NCBI GenBank assembly: GCA_038114465.1
Contig: JAYNQW010000004.1
Span: forward strand, 89,528-153,527
Reading direction: 5' to 3'
Length of the DNA: 64,000 bases
DNA from: Rhodospirillaceae bacterium
GTDB lineage: Bacteria > Pseudomonadota > Alphaproteobacteria > Rhodospirillales > CALINB01
This document shows, one piece after another, positions 9,115-19,261 of this stretch (position 1 is its first letter; the number at the start of each line of letters is the position of its first letter). The notes below the pieces were generated by a model. That model worked only from the letters and a program-made list of their open reading frames with translations. It searched no databases and was not told the DNA's origin. The position numbers and the translations under genes were made by a program.

Positions 9115-9739
9115 AATAATTTCCGATGAAGAACTAGCTTTATGGAAAACCGTTCCTTCAGCCGTTGCTTGCGATGCCATGAACCGAACCAACGGCATGA
9201 TCGCTGATATCCAATCGCTTGTACCGGATACCATCCTCGCCGGTCAGGCGTTGACTGTCCACGCCCCCAACGGCACCAATGCACCGCTCCACCACGCCGT
9301 GAAATGCGCCTTGCCGGGTTGCATCCTCGTCATCGATGCCAAGAACCTCAGAGACAAGGCCGTTTGGGGAAGTGTTGTGAACGCTTATGCTCTGACTTGC
9401 GGCGTCAGAGGGCTCATCTTTGACGGCTGTGTGCGGGATACGGCATTACTCAAGCAATCAGATATGCCAATATTCTGCCGTGGTTCGGCACCAAACGGAC
9501 CAACAAAAGAAGAAGTTGGTGGCGTTAACATCCCTATCACCTGTGGCGGAGTCACGGTTCATCCCGGCGATATCATTATCGGCGATGATGACGGCATCGC
9601 CGTTATTCCCTTTAAAACGCGTCAACCGGTGCTTGAAAAGTGCCAAGATCGCATGGCGGAAAAAGAAGACTGGAAAAAGAAAACCCAGGACGGGGTTTCG
9701 ACGGCGGAACTTTGGAAACTTACCCCACCGAAATCATAG
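9083..9739 (+). CDS. RraA-family protein (4-hydroxy-4-methyl-2-oxoglutarate aldolase / oxaloacetate decarboxylase-like)
   Basis: 218 aa from the internal ATG at 9083. WGSVVNAYALTCGVRGLIFDGCVRD and GDIIIGDDDGIAVIP are typical of RraA/HMG-aldolase proteins. Confidence 0.8.
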   Translation: MPITINPFDAEIISDEELALWKTVPSAVACDAMNRTNGMIADIQSLVPDTILAGQALTVHAPNGTNAPLHHAVKCALPGCILVIDAKNLRDKAVWGSVVNAYALTCGVRGLIFDGCVRDTALLKQSDMPIFCRGSAPNGPTKEEVGGVNIPITCGGVTVHPGDIIIGDDDGIAVIPFKTRQPVLEKCQDRMAEKEDWKKKTQDGVSTAELWKLTPPKS

Positions 9740-9754
9740 AAAATTTTCCGTAGA

Positions 9755-10543
9755 TTATTTACCGATGAAATTGGGCTTGCGTTTTTCCATGAACGCCCGC
9801 CGGCCTTCGATGTAATCCTGACTGTCAAAACAAGCCTTCACCATCGCTTCGCAAGTTCCCAAGTCCCGGTCATCGTCGTTCTTGACAATCTCACCGACGA
9901 TTTTCTTGATGGAAGCAACCGTCATGGGGGCATTGCCGGCGATCGTTTCGGCATAATCTTTGACAAAATCATCCAGCTCGGCATCCGGGACCACGCGATT
10001 AACCAAGCCCATACTGGCGGCTTCATCGGCGGCAAAACGCTTGCCGGTAAAAAATATTTCTTTCGTATAGGCCGGGCCGACAAGATCGGTCAGTTGGCGT
10101 ACCTTATCAAAAGCATAGCCCAATCCCAGCTTGGCGGCCGGAATACCAAAGCTCGATTTATCCGTACAAATTCGAATATCGCAGCAAATAGCCACCGCAA
10201 CCCCGCCGCCGATGCAATAACCTTGAATCATCGCAATGGTCGGCTTTGGAAAATTATAAAGGCCAAAATAAGCTTTGCGCCCTACCTCATCGTATTTTTT
10301 GATAGCCTCTTCAGACGCGCGTTCATCTTCGAACTTGGAAATATCTGCACCCGACACGAACGACTTGCCGCCGGCACCCGTGACGACAACCACCCGAACG
10401 TCATCGTCGTTCTTGAACGTTTCCAGCGCTTCCGTCACGCCCTCCCACATTTCCATAGAAACGGCATTGTGACGCTCGGGATTATTAAAAATGATCTTCC
10501 CTATCCCGCCTTCTTTTTCCATGAGGATCTTATCGGTTGCCAT
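9755..10543 (-). CDS. Enoyl-CoA hydratase/isomerase (paralog of 897..1721)
   Basis: 262 aa. VVVVTGAGGKSFVSGADI and IQGYCIGGGVAVAICCDIR. Roughly half the residues are identical to the 897..1721 product by eye. Confidence 0.85.
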   Translation of the reverse strand: MATDKILMEKEGGIGKIIFNNPERHNAVSMEMWEGVTEALETFKNDDDVRVVVVTGAGGKSFVSGADISKFEDERASEEAIKKYDEVGRKAYFGLYNFPKPTIAMIQGYCIGGGVAVAICCDIRICTDKSSFGIPAAKLGLGYAFDKVRQLTDLVGPAYTKEIFFTGKRFAADEAASMGLVNRVVPDAELDDFVKDYAETIAGNAPMTVASIKKIVGEIVKNDDDRDLGTCEAMVKACFDSQDYIEGRRAFMEKRKPNFIGK

Positions 10544-10569
10544 ATTTCGGGTCCTTCCGGGCTTGAAAC

Positions 10570-11763
10570 TTAAATAACGTTACGAGAACGGAGTTCGGCA
10601 AGCTGCTCTTCGCTGAAACCCAAACCCGATAAAATTTCATCTGTATTCTCGCCCCGTTCAGGTGGGGCCACTTTTAACGCGCTTTTCGACCGGTTCATAC
10701 GGATGGGTTGCGGCACCAATTCGATATCACCCATCGCTTCGCTCTTGACCGTCTCGCGAATTTTCAAATGTTCGACTTGCGGTTCCGCAAACACTTGATC
10801 GATAGTGTTGATCGCACCGCAGGGAATACTGGCGTCATTTAAGCGCTTCAGCCAATACTCTGTTGTATTTTCGGAAAAAAGCTCGTTGAGATCATCACAA
10901 AGCTGGTCGCGGTTTTTATCGCGGGATGCACCATCGACGTACTTCGGATCATCAATCCACACTTCTTTGTCGACTTCTTTGCAGAACCGGGCCCAAATCA
11001 CATCGCCGGCAACACCGAGATTCATATGGCCGTCTTTGGTTTTAAATACACCGGTCGGCATACTTTGCGGATGATTGTTACCGGCCTGTCCCGGAATTTC
11101 CTGATTGACCAGCCAACGGGCGGCTTGAAAATCGAGCATAAAAATCAATGATTGCAAAAGTGATGTGTTGACCCACTGTCCTTTGCCCGATTTTTCCCGC
11201 TCGATGATGGCAAGCAAAATTCCGTAAGAACAGAAAATGCCCGAACAAAGGTCAGCGATCGGGATGCCCACACGCATCGGGCCTCGGCCCGGCTCACCGG
11301 TAATCGACATCAGGCCGGCCATGCCTTGCGCAATTTGATCAAACCCCGGGCGTTTCGCATCGGGGCCGTCTTGACCGAAACCGGAAATACTGCCGAGGAT
11401 AACCCGGGGGTTGATGGCGGCAAGCGTGTCATAATCGATGCCTAAGCGTGCCTTGACATCAGGCCGAAAATTTTCGACGACAACATCGGCGTCTTTCACA
11501 AGCTTCTTAAAGATTTCGAGTCCGTCAGGCTCTTTCAGGTTGAGCGTTAAGCTGCGCTTATTCCGCTGCAGATTTTGGAAATCCGGCGTATGCCGGGGCG
11601 CGCCCAAAGCGCCATCGGCTTCCAAGGCCGAGGGCATTTCAACCTTGATCACATCAGCACCCCAATCGGCAAGCTGGCGTACACAGGTCGGGCCCGAACG
11701 CACACGGGTCAGATCGAGAACTTTAATGTGGTCTAAAACATCGGCTGCAGGGACGTGTGGCAT
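10570..11763 (-). CDS. CoA-transferase family III (CaiB/BaiF type), full length
   Basis: 397 aa. VLDLTRVRSGPTCVRQLADWGADVIKVE N-terminus and GFGQDGP...GLMSITGEPGRGPMRVGIPIADL core. Paralog of 3..878. Confidence 0.9.
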   Translation of the reverse strand: MPHVPAADVLDHIKVLDLTRVRSGPTCVRQLADWGADVIKVEMPSALEADGALGAPRHTPDFQNLQRNKRSLTLNLKEPDGLEIFKKLVKDADVVVENFRPDVKARLGIDYDTLAAINPRVILGSISGFGQDGPDAKRPGFDQIAQGMAGLMSITGEPGRGPMRVGIPIADLCSGIFCSYGILLAIIEREKSGKGQWVNTSLLQSLIFMLDFQAARWLVNQEIPGQAGNNHPQSMPTGVFKTKDGHMNLGVAGDVIWARFCKEVDKEVWIDDPKYVDGASRDKNRDQLCDDLNELFSENTTEYWLKRLNDASIPCGAINTIDQVFAEPQVEHLKIRETVKSEAMGDIELVPQPIRMNRSKSALKVAPPERGENTDEILSGLGFSEEQLAELRSRNVI

Positions 11764-11840
11764 GGAATCTCCCAGTCACAATTTATTTTGATTTCAATTC
11801 GGCCTTTGTCATAGCCAATCTGCTGGGCCCTCGACAAGCC

Positions 11841-13229
11841 TTAAGCGCGAAAATCCTTCATATCCGCCAAATCGGGCTTCTCAAAAAGCGCTGAACACCA
11901 GGCTTGAAGAACATCAGCCTGCTGGTCCGACCAGCCGCCGAACAGGACATTGGCGCGGAATTTTGCCTCCAGTTCTTCGCGGGTCAGAGGTTCCTTCACA
12001 CCGCCCCGAAGATGGGGCTGACGGACCTCCCGGGTACTGCCGTCATCGAGAGTCACAATCAAATGTCCTGAATAATTCTTAGGGTATTCATCATTGGGGT
12101 CGATTTCGTAAGTAATTTTCGAGGCAAGCTCGAGCACCTTCGGATCGGTTGTTCGCTCCTCGGTGAACTGCTTGAGACCTGCAGCCTGATCGATAATGCC
12201 GATGGCCGAACAGAAATGTCCGCTGAACTTTGCCGAATACGGTGTCGAAGGTTTTTGCTTTTCCGCTTCAGGCTCCCACAACCGGTGCACGGTCCCTTCG
12301 CCGACTTTCGCGATAATACTTTTTACCTTCGACGGATCGAGGCCCTCACGGCCCAATTTCACGGCACAATCAATAAAGGGCTGGGTCATCGTACCGCAGG
12401 CGTATGGTTTGAAAGCCGCCCTTTCCATTAAAAATTCTTGGCCAAGGCCATCCGTGATCGGCGAGAAATCGTATTCATGGTCTGGGTCGCCGAAGGCAAA
12501 ATAGAAACCGTGCTCGCCTTCGAGGACGGTGCGCGGACCTAAAAAGCCCCCCCGGCCCATTAGTGCGGCGCGAAGGCCGCACTGCGCGGACCAACCTGGA
12601 TGCATCCGTTTGGTCCATGTACCTTCCGCCAGATATTCAATGATACCGGATGCCAAGCTGGCGGCGATGCCTAACGCATTGGTTAAGTCTTTCGCCGAAT
12701 AACTTAACGCCGAACTGACCGCCGCCGTCGTTCCCATGGCGCCGATCACGGCCGTCGGGTGAAACCCGGCCCGGTGCACTGTGGTTTGCGCGACCAAGGC
12801 CATGCGGCACATGAGTTCGCAACCGACCACGATACCGCGCAGCGCATCGGCGCCGCTGAGGTTATAGCGTTCGCAGGCGGCAAGGGTCGCTGCGATCACC
12901 GGGGCGCCGGCATGAACCGGCGTACCTTCAAACGTATCGTCATAATCTTCGCCATGAGCGGCAGTACCGTTAATTAACGCCGCGCCGGCTGCATCCAAGC
13001 CTTGGGCATGACCGAACGCCGTACAACCACCCTCACCGTCCCAAGTTGTCGCAATTGCCTTCACGTAATCTTCATTACGCGCGGCGACGCATAATCCGGA
13101 AATATCCAAGACTATTTCCGATGCCTTGTTCCGGGCGGCGGCGGAAATACCGTCATTTTTAAGTGATGCCGCAAAATCGGCAAATATTTGCGAGGGAGAC
13201 AGGCCGGATGCCAGCGTTTTATTGCTCAT
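11841..13229 (-). CDS. MmgE/PrpD family protein (2-methylcitrate dehydratase-like)
   Basis: 462 aa from the ATG at 13229; the ORF-track start at 13316 adds an unlikely 29-aa leader. PrpD-family length and composition. Same strand as the downstream CoA-transferase/hydratase. Confidence 0.75.
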   Translation of the reverse strand: MSNKTLASGLSPSQIFADFAASLKNDGISAAARNKASEIVLDISGLCVAARNEDYVKAIATTWDGEGGCTAFGHAQGLDAAGAALINGTAAHGEDYDDTFEGTPVHAGAPVIAATLAACERYNLSGADALRGIVVGCELMCRMALVAQTTVHRAGFHPTAVIGAMGTTAAVSSALSYSAKDLTNALGIAASLASGIIEYLAEGTWTKRMHPGWSAQCGLRAALMGRGGFLGPRTVLEGEHGFYFAFGDPDHEYDFSPITDGLGQEFLMERAAFKPYACGTMTQPFIDCAVKLGREGLDPSKVKSIIAKVGEGTVHRLWEPEAEKQKPSTPYSAKFSGHFCSAIGIIDQAAGLKQFTEERTTDPKVLELASKITYEIDPNDEYPKNYSGHLIVTLDDGSTREVRQPHLRGGVKEPLTREELEAKFRANVLFGGWSDQQADVLQAWCSALFEKPDLADMKDFRA

Positions 13230-13397
13230 GATGTTAATCTCTGCTGAATGACGGGAAAGTATTTGATGTGCCTTCGACTTTACCGAATTTAAGTACCTTG
13301 GCAAATGGAATTTCATCGATTCAGGCTGTATTCAAGCGATCGAACACTATAAAAAATAGTCTTTGGTATTTAGCTGAATTAATTCGAAAATTTTGAA

Positions 13398-14261
13398 ATG
13401 AGCACGAACCTAAACGACGATCAAATTCACGCCGCGACTATCGCTGCATTATCCAATCAAGCACGCCAAATTGAAACACCCTGTGGTGACGGCAACATGG
13501 TTTGGCGCATTTGGGGAGATGGCCCGCCACTGGTTTGCTTTCATGGCGCGCATGGATCCTGGACGCACTGGTTCAACAACATTCCCGGCCTTGCCAAACA
13601 TTTTACAGTGATGGTGCCGGACTTGCCGGGTATGGGCGATTCGGCCATGCCACCGGAACCTTATACATTTGCGGATATTTCAAAAGTTGTTTCAGATTGC
13701 ATTGATCAAGTTATACCGAAACCACAATCGTTTGATGTCGCCGGCTTTTCCTTTGGTTCAACCATTGCCGGATTTATCGCCCACTATCAGGGTGACCGCG
13801 TTAAAAACTTAGCCCTTATCAGCTCAGGCGGCATGGGGCTCACGCGAACGGAACCGACAGGCCTGCGAAACTGGCGTAAAGCTGAAACCGAGGAAGAACG
13901 AGTTGCCGCAAACAGGCATAATCTCGGCGTATTAATGTTCGGCGATCACGGCAACATCGATGACCTCGCCGTCTATTTACAAAAGACGAATACCAGCCAA
14001 ACCCGGTTTAAGAGCCGTGTGATTAAAGAACGCTGGTCGATCCTGGTGGATATTCTGCCGAAGGTCAGCGCGCGTTTTATCGGCGTCTGGGGAGAGGTCG
14101 ATATTTACTCGAAAGGCCATATTCACGAACGCGAGGCCTATCTAAAAAATATTCAAAAAGACACGGCATTCCTCATGATCCCCGGCGCGGGTCATTGGGT
14201 CAATTATGAACACGCCGATACGGTCAACAGCTTCTTAATTGAATCTATCAATCGAGCTTGA
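13398..14261 (+). CDS. Alpha/beta-fold hydrolase
   Basis: 287 aa. LVCFHGAHGSW oxyanion region and GFSFGS nucleophile elbow (G-x-S-x-G). Confidence 0.75.
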   Translation: MSTNLNDDQIHAATIAALSNQARQIETPCGDGNMVWRIWGDGPPLVCFHGAHGSWTHWFNNIPGLAKHFTVMVPDLPGMGDSAMPPEPYTFADISKVVSDCIDQVIPKPQSFDVAGFSFGSTIAGFIAHYQGDRVKNLALISSGGMGLTRTEPTGLRNWRKAETEEERVAANRHNLGVLMFGDHGNIDDLAVYLQKTNTSQTRFKSRVIKERWSILVDILPKVSARFIGVWGEVDIYSKGHIHEREAYLKNIQKDTAFLMIPGAGHWVNYEHADTVNSFLIESINRA

Positions 14262-15081
14262 AGCCTTGATCTTTTAAATAAGCCGTAAAGTCATCCCGCT
14301 CCCGGATCGATAACCGGCGCGCTGCATTTTCGGTCCATCCATAACTGTCGGATACACCATATTTATCCAAATGCATTTGCCGATCGGGTGGAATAGCACG
14401 GCGTGCGTTCCGGCGTGTATCGTATGACTTTAATTCTTTTTCAAGATCGTCCTCGCGATATTGATCTTCATGAACAACAACCGATGGCGGCAGGCGCATC
14501 GAGAACATGGACTCCCCTTCTGGCCAGCCCGCTGCCATACCCGCAACTGGATAGACGCCCTCGGGCAGCTTCAGGATTGATGAAATTTCATAGACCTTTG
14601 TGCGAACATTACTGATAGCGCAACAGCCGATACCAATAGACTCGGCCGCCGCCATAAAACTCATCATGGCCAAGGCGGCATCGACGGCCGCGTTCATAAA
14701 CGTATCGACCGTGTTGTTTGCATAATCGTACCCTGTAAAGGCTGCAGCCTGTTGGCCCCGGCGCATATCGCCACAATACACCAGGGATACGGGCGCATGG
14801 GCAAACCACAGTGATTTTGGGTTTAACTCGAAGACCGCCTGGCGTACATCCTCATCTTTAAGCATGACGATTGAATACTGTTGCAGGTCCGATTTCGCCG
14901 GCGCCGATTGGGCACAGGCTAAAAGCGTTTCAATCACATCTTCCGGTACCGGATCGGGCTTGAATTTTCGGTATGAGCGGCGCGATAAAATCGATTTGAT
15001 CGCTCCCTGGGCCTCATCGTTCAAATCGTTCTCCGGCTTCAACCCAAAACGCTCTTCAAATAATTCCGATATTGTTGACAT
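14248..15081 (-). CDS. Nitroreductase family protein
   Basis: 277 aa from the ATG at 15081. ILSRRSYRKF FMN-binding motif. Its 3' end overlaps the convergent hydrolase gene by 14 bp. Confidence 0.7.
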   Translation of the reverse strand: MSTISELFEERFGLKPENDLNDEAQGAIKSILSRRSYRKFKPDPVPEDVIETLLACAQSAPAKSDLQQYSIVMLKDEDVRQAVFELNPKSLWFAHAPVSLVYCGDMRRGQQAAAFTGYDYANNTVDTFMNAAVDAALAMMSFMAAAESIGIGCCAISNVRTKVYEISSILKLPEGVYPVAGMAAGWPEGESMFSMRLPPSVVVHEDQYREDDLEKELKSYDTRRNARRAIPPDRQMHLDKYGVSDSYGWTENAARRLSIRERDDFTAYLKDQGFKLD

Positions 15082-15094
15082 GAAGTTTCCTCGT

Positions 15095-15829
15095 TTATTG
15101 AATTTGATCAATTTGGTCCGGATAATCTGTAAACACAGAGTGAACACCCCAAACCCGAAGTTTTGTCGCTCGTTTGTTTGAATTGACGGTATAACACCTG
15201 AGCGCATATCCGGAACTTAAAATTTCTTGCGCTGTTTTGGCATTTAACTGGTCGTGACGGCAATGCAAACCTTCACAAGCTAATTCCTTCAATATTTCTT
15301 TCCAGTTCGGCGGTATCTTGCCGACAATAAATGCGCGGTGAAACTCCGGCGCTTCTTCTTTTGCGGCAACAATACAATCCCGTTTAAAACTCGATATTAA
15401 TGGAGGCGGTGAAACATTTGACCAATGTTTCTTTAAAACAGCCGCAACACCATGACCGGATTCAATTTCCCGCCCCGGTGTGGATTTGATTTCGACATTG
15501 GCGCCGAGGTTTAAGTTTTTTAAAGTCACCAATGCTTCATCTAACGTCGGGATCCGTTCATTAGTGAATTCGTTTGAATACCATCTGCCGGCATCAAGCG
15601 GATGAATGCTTTCCCAATCCAAAGCCGATATTTTCCCTCGACCGTTGGTTGTTCGTTCAAGCGTTTCATCATGAAACAGGATCGGCACGCCATCCCGGGT
15701 CAGACGAACATCGAACTCAACCCAGCGAGCACCGATTGAAGCTGCCTTATGGAACGATACAAGGGTATTTTCAGGCGCGTGCCCGGCGGCACCACGGTGA
15801 CCGATCACAAAGGGTGTTGGCGACTTCAT
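15095..15829 (-). CDS. ugpQ: Glycerophosphodiester phosphodiesterase (UgpQ/GlpQ family, cytoplasmic)
   Basis: 244 aa. VIGHRGAAGHAPENT, WVEFDVRLTRDGVPILFHDETLERTT. Confidence 0.8.
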   Translation of the reverse strand: MKSPTPFVIGHRGAAGHAPENTLVSFHKAASIGARWVEFDVRLTRDGVPILFHDETLERTTNGRGKISALDWESIHPLDAGRWYSNEFTNERIPTLDEALVTLKNLNLGANVEIKSTPGREIESGHGVAAVLKKHWSNVSPPPLISSFKRDCIVAAKEEAPEFHRAFIVGKIPPNWKEILKELACEGLHCRHDQLNAKTAQEILSSGYALRCYTVNSNKRATKLRVWGVHSVFTDYPDQIDQIQ

Positions 15830-16003
15830 TGTATGGACAATATAAGCTTAAATCAGGATGTCACCCTTCAAAATTCAATGAAAATCATACACTTCTCAAG
15901 GAATTAGATGAAGGAAATATGGAAAAACGTTAAAGTAAGGCTGATTGTTGAAATACCGGTTTATGGTCTCCGCTATAGTCGGCTCTCGCTGGGGGAAAGC
16001 TAA

Positions 16004-18364
16004 ATGAAAAATGAAGCATCAAAAGCATCTGATCTCCTGAATCAGGCTGCATTAAATTATCACAGGGTGCCGACACCCGGGAAACTTGCCGTTATCGCGA
16101 CAAAACCTCTCGGCAATCAACGGGATTTGGCGCTGGCATACTCTCCTGGCGTTGCCGCAGCCTGCGAAGCTATCGTCGATGACCCGGCGGAAGCAGCCAC
16201 ACTGACAAGCCGGAATAATCTCGTTGCCGTTATCAGTAACGGCACGGCCGTTCTCGGGCTCGGTGATATTGGCCCCTTAGCCTCCAAACCCGTTATGGAG
16301 GGAAAAGCGGTCTTATTTAAAAAATTCGCCGGCATAAACGTTTTCGACATCGAAGTTAATGCAAAAGATCCGAAAAAGCTTATCGATACGATTGCAGCCC
16401 TTGAACCGACTTTCGGCGCCATCAATCTTGAAGACATTAAGGCACCGGAATGTTTTGAAGTTGAGAGCACGTTAAGAGAGCAACTTAACATTCCCGTATT
16501 CCATGACGATCAGCATGGCACGGCGATTATCGTCGGTGCTGCTATTCTCAATGGGCTTCGCGTCGTCGACAAGAAACTTGAAGACATCAAGCTTGTATCG
16601 ACGGGCGGAGGTTCTGCCGGTATCGCCTGTCTCAACCTGCTCGTCAGCATGGGGGTCAGGAAAGAAAATATTTACCTTATCGACCGTGTTGGTTTGGTCT
16701 ATGAAGGCCGCACAGAAGAGATGGATCCCTATAAAGCAGCCTTCGCCCAAAAAACCGAAGACCGCACCTTAGACGACGTGATTGACGGCGCAGATGTTTT
16801 TCTCGGCCTCTCCGCGCCGAAGCTTTTGACTCAAGACATGGTCAAGAGAATGGATAAAAAACCGGTGATCATGGCGCTGGCCAATCCCGAACCGGAAATT
16901 TCCCCGGAAGACGCTAAAGCCGCCAACCCTGATGCCGTCATCGCCACGGGACGGTCCGATTACCCCAACCAGGTCAACAATGTATTGTGTTTCCCATTTA
17001 TCTTTCGGGGTGCTCTCGATGTCGGCGCTACGACTATTAATGAAGAGATGAAAATTGCCTGCGTGCGTGCAATTGCAGACCTGACGATGGCTGAATCATC
17101 GGAAATCGTCGCCGCCGCCTATAGCGGCGAAGAACTGAAATTCGGGCCGGAATATCTCATTCCGAAACCATTTGACCCTCGATTGATTTTAGAAATCCCG
17201 CCTGCCGTGGCAAAGGCCGCTATAGATAGCGGCGTTGCCACAAGACCCATCGAGGATTTCGATGCCTATCGTGAAAAGTTAGCCCGGTTCGTTTTCCGAT
17301 CAGATATCCTCATGAAACCTTTGTTCGAGAAGGCAAAGCTCGACCCCAAACGAGTCGTCTTCGCCGAAGGAGAAGATGAACGCGTGTTACGGGCCGTTCA
17401 AATCGTCGTCGATGAAGGCCTTGCCAAACCGATTCTCATCGGCCGTCCTGAGGTCATTGACGCACGTATTGAGAAATTAGGCTCAAGAATCAAAGCGGAC
17501 GTTGATTTTGAAATCACAAATCCGGAAGACGATCCCCGTTACAACGACTACTGGCGCCAATACCACAGCATTACCGAACGCAAAGGCGTTTCGCCGGATG
17601 CAGCACGCACAATTATTCGAACAAACACAACGGCAATCGCGGCTATGATGGTCAAACGCGGCGAAGCCGATGCCATGATTTGCGGCAGCTATGGCCATTT
17701 TGATTTTCACTTAAAGTATGTGCTTGATGTTATCGGTTTAAGGGACGGCGTACGGGGCGTGTCTTCTCTCAGTATTCTCGTCATTAACAAAGGGACCTAC
17801 TTTTTCTGCGACACGTATGTCACTGCCGACCCATCTGCAGAAGAATTAAGTGAAATGACGATATTAGCCTCTGATTTTGTCAGCCGGTTTGGAATCATAC
17901 CGAAGGCGGCGATGATTTCTCATTCAATATTCGGCTCCTCGAACACGGAATCAGCGGTCAAGGTACGTCAAGCCGTCTCGATGCTGCGCAAACACGCTCC
18001 TAACCTTGAGGTTGATGGAGAGATGAACATTCATGTGGCCTTGGATGAAGATATCCGCGAACGGTTGTTCCCGAATTGTAATTTAAAAGGCCAGGCTAAT
18101 CTGTTCGTATTTCCAAATCTTGACGCCGCTAATAACACCTTTAATGCCGTCCGGGTTCTTGGAGACGGCCTGGCTGTAGGCCCAATCCTTCTCGGCGTCG
18201 CCTTACCAGCACATATTACGACGCCGTCCGTTACGGCGCGGGGCCTGGTGAATATGACCGCCCTTGCCGTTGCCGATGCCCAGCGTCTTGAGGCCCAAGG
18301 CGAAGGCAGCCAAATCAACATTGCATTTGACGGCCAGCACCCCTGCAGCGTCAACGAACAGTAA
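16004..18364 (+). CDS. maeB: NADP-dependent malic enzyme with C-terminal phosphate-acetyltransferase-like domain
   Basis: 786 aa. Malic-enzyme N-half ([36 protein letters not shown]) plus a PTA-like C-half. This is the MaeB architecture. Confidence 0.9.
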   Translation: MKNEASKASDLLNQAALNYHRVPTPGKLAVIATKPLGNQRDLALAYSPGVAAACEAIVDDPAEAATLTSRNNLVAVISNGTAVLGLGDIGPLASKPVMEGKAVLFKKFAGINVFDIEVNAKDPKKLIDTIAALEPTFGAINLEDIKAPECFEVESTLREQLNIPVFHDDQHGTAIIVGAAILNGLRVVDKKLEDIKLVSTGGGSAGIACLNLLVSMGVRKENIYLIDRVGLVYEGRTEEMDPYKAAFAQKTEDRTLDDVIDGADVFLGLSAPKLLTQDMVKRMDKKPVIMALANPEPEISPEDAKAANPDAVIATGRSDYPNQVNNVLCFPFIFRGALDVGATTINEEMKIACVRAIADLTMAESSEIVAAAYSGEELKFGPEYLIPKPFDPRLILEIPPAVAKAAIDSGVATRPIEDFDAYREKLARFVFRSDILMKPLFEKAKLDPKRVVFAEGEDERVLRAVQIVVDEGLAKPILIGRPEVIDARIEKLGSRIKADVDFEITNPEDDPRYNDYWRQYHSITERKGVSPDAARTIIRTNTTAIAAMMVKRGEADAMICGSYGHFDFHLKYVLDVIGLRDGVRGVSSLSILVINKGTYFFCDTYVTADPSAEELSEMTILASDFVSRFGIIPKAAMISHSIFGSSNTESAVKVRQAVSMLRKHAPNLEVDGEMNIHVALDEDIRERLFPNCNLKGQANLFVFPNLDAANNTFNAVRVLGDGLAVGPILLGVALPAHITTPSVTARGLVNMTALAVADAQRLEAQGEGSQINIAFDGQHPCSVNEQ

Positions 18365-19156
18365 TTACCAGTCGTTTCTAAGCTCGCGAAGCTTCAAAAA
18401 TACCGTTTTTTCATCAGGATTTTCCGGTAAATCTGGAAATGCCTCGCGCAACTTCTCGATGACACCCGGGCTTTGCAGCCGATAAAAAGTATTCACTTCC
18501 TTTTCCAACGCCAGCGTGGTTACGAGTGCTTCATTGGTATCTTGGCCTTTGATATCTTGCAAAAGCTGTTGGGCCTTTTTGTTATCCGGCTCACGGTCAA
18601 GTGTGAATTGTAAGTTATTCTCGATATAATCATGTCCGGGATAAATTCTTGTATGATCAGGAAGTTTCGCCAATTGATTCACAAAAGTATCATAAAGCGA
18701 TTCCGGATGCCCCCCGCTTTTGCAATGTCCAGCACCCGCATTAAACATTGTATCGCCGCAAATAAGCGCGGGGTCATCAACATGGGCAAACAGGCAAACA
18801 TGACTCATCGTATGGCCTGGCGTGTCTAAGGCTTCCAGCTCGACAGATTTTCCGATCTTAATGACATCCCCTGCCTTAAGGCCACGTGATATATCGGGAA
18901 TCTTATCTTTGGCATTTTCATGAGCCAGCAATGATGCCCCCGTTGCTTTCATCATATCGGCGTTACCGCCTGTGTGATCGCCATGCTCATGCGTATTCAA
19001 TATTTGGGTAACGTCCCAACCTTTTTCCTTCGCCAAAGACAGGCACATTTCATGCTCAAGGGGATCAACCGCCAGGGCCTCTCCTGTTTCGGGACACACA
19101 ATCAAATAATTAAAATTCCGCCAGTTATTTCCGGTCCAAATTTGTTCAATGATCAT
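18365..19156 (-). CDS. gloB: Hydroxyacylglutathione hydrolase (glyoxalase II, MBL fold)
   Basis: 263 aa from the ATG at 19156. THEHGDHTGG metal motif. Its stop codon directly abuts the maeB stop. Confidence 0.8.
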   Translation of the reverse strand: MIIEQIWTGNNWRNFNYLIVCPETGEALAVDPLEHEMCLSLAKEKGWDVTQILNTHEHGDHTGGNADMMKATGASLLAHENAKDKIPDISRGLKAGDVIKIGKSVELEALDTPGHTMSHVCLFAHVDDPALICGDTMFNAGAGHCKSGGHPESLYDTFVNQLAKLPDHTRIYPGHDYIENNLQFTLDREPDNKKAQQLLQDIKGQDTNEALVTTLALEKEVNTFYRLQSPGVIEKLREAFPDLPENPDEKTVFLKLRELRNDW

Positions 19157-19261
19157 TATGCGGCTCCCTTGAAAGCAATTTATGCGACGGCATGGAGCGT
19201 TATCATACTCCAAACGAGAATGATTACACAAACAAGGGGAGCGAACCGGACAGCAAAGTTA

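Noticed and set aside
13230-13316. Longer N-terminal extensions offered by the ORF track for the PrpD-family gene and others (starts at 13316, 15207, 19231, 25785, 30832, 53660, 54859, 9002, 58509)
   Set aside because: In each case an internal ATG gives an N-terminus that matches the family-typical start (a signal peptide, a conserved first strand or alignment with a paralog). The extension overlaps upstream sequence with no SD. The internal starts are reported instead, and the exact starts remain uncertain.
17300-18364. The PTA-like C-terminal domain of MaeB as the missing phosphate acetyltransferase partner of Xsc
   Set aside because: To my knowledge the PTA-like domain of MaeB-type malic enzymes is regulatory or structural and not a bona fide Pta. 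The gene is also 19 kb from xsc, in an unrelated context.
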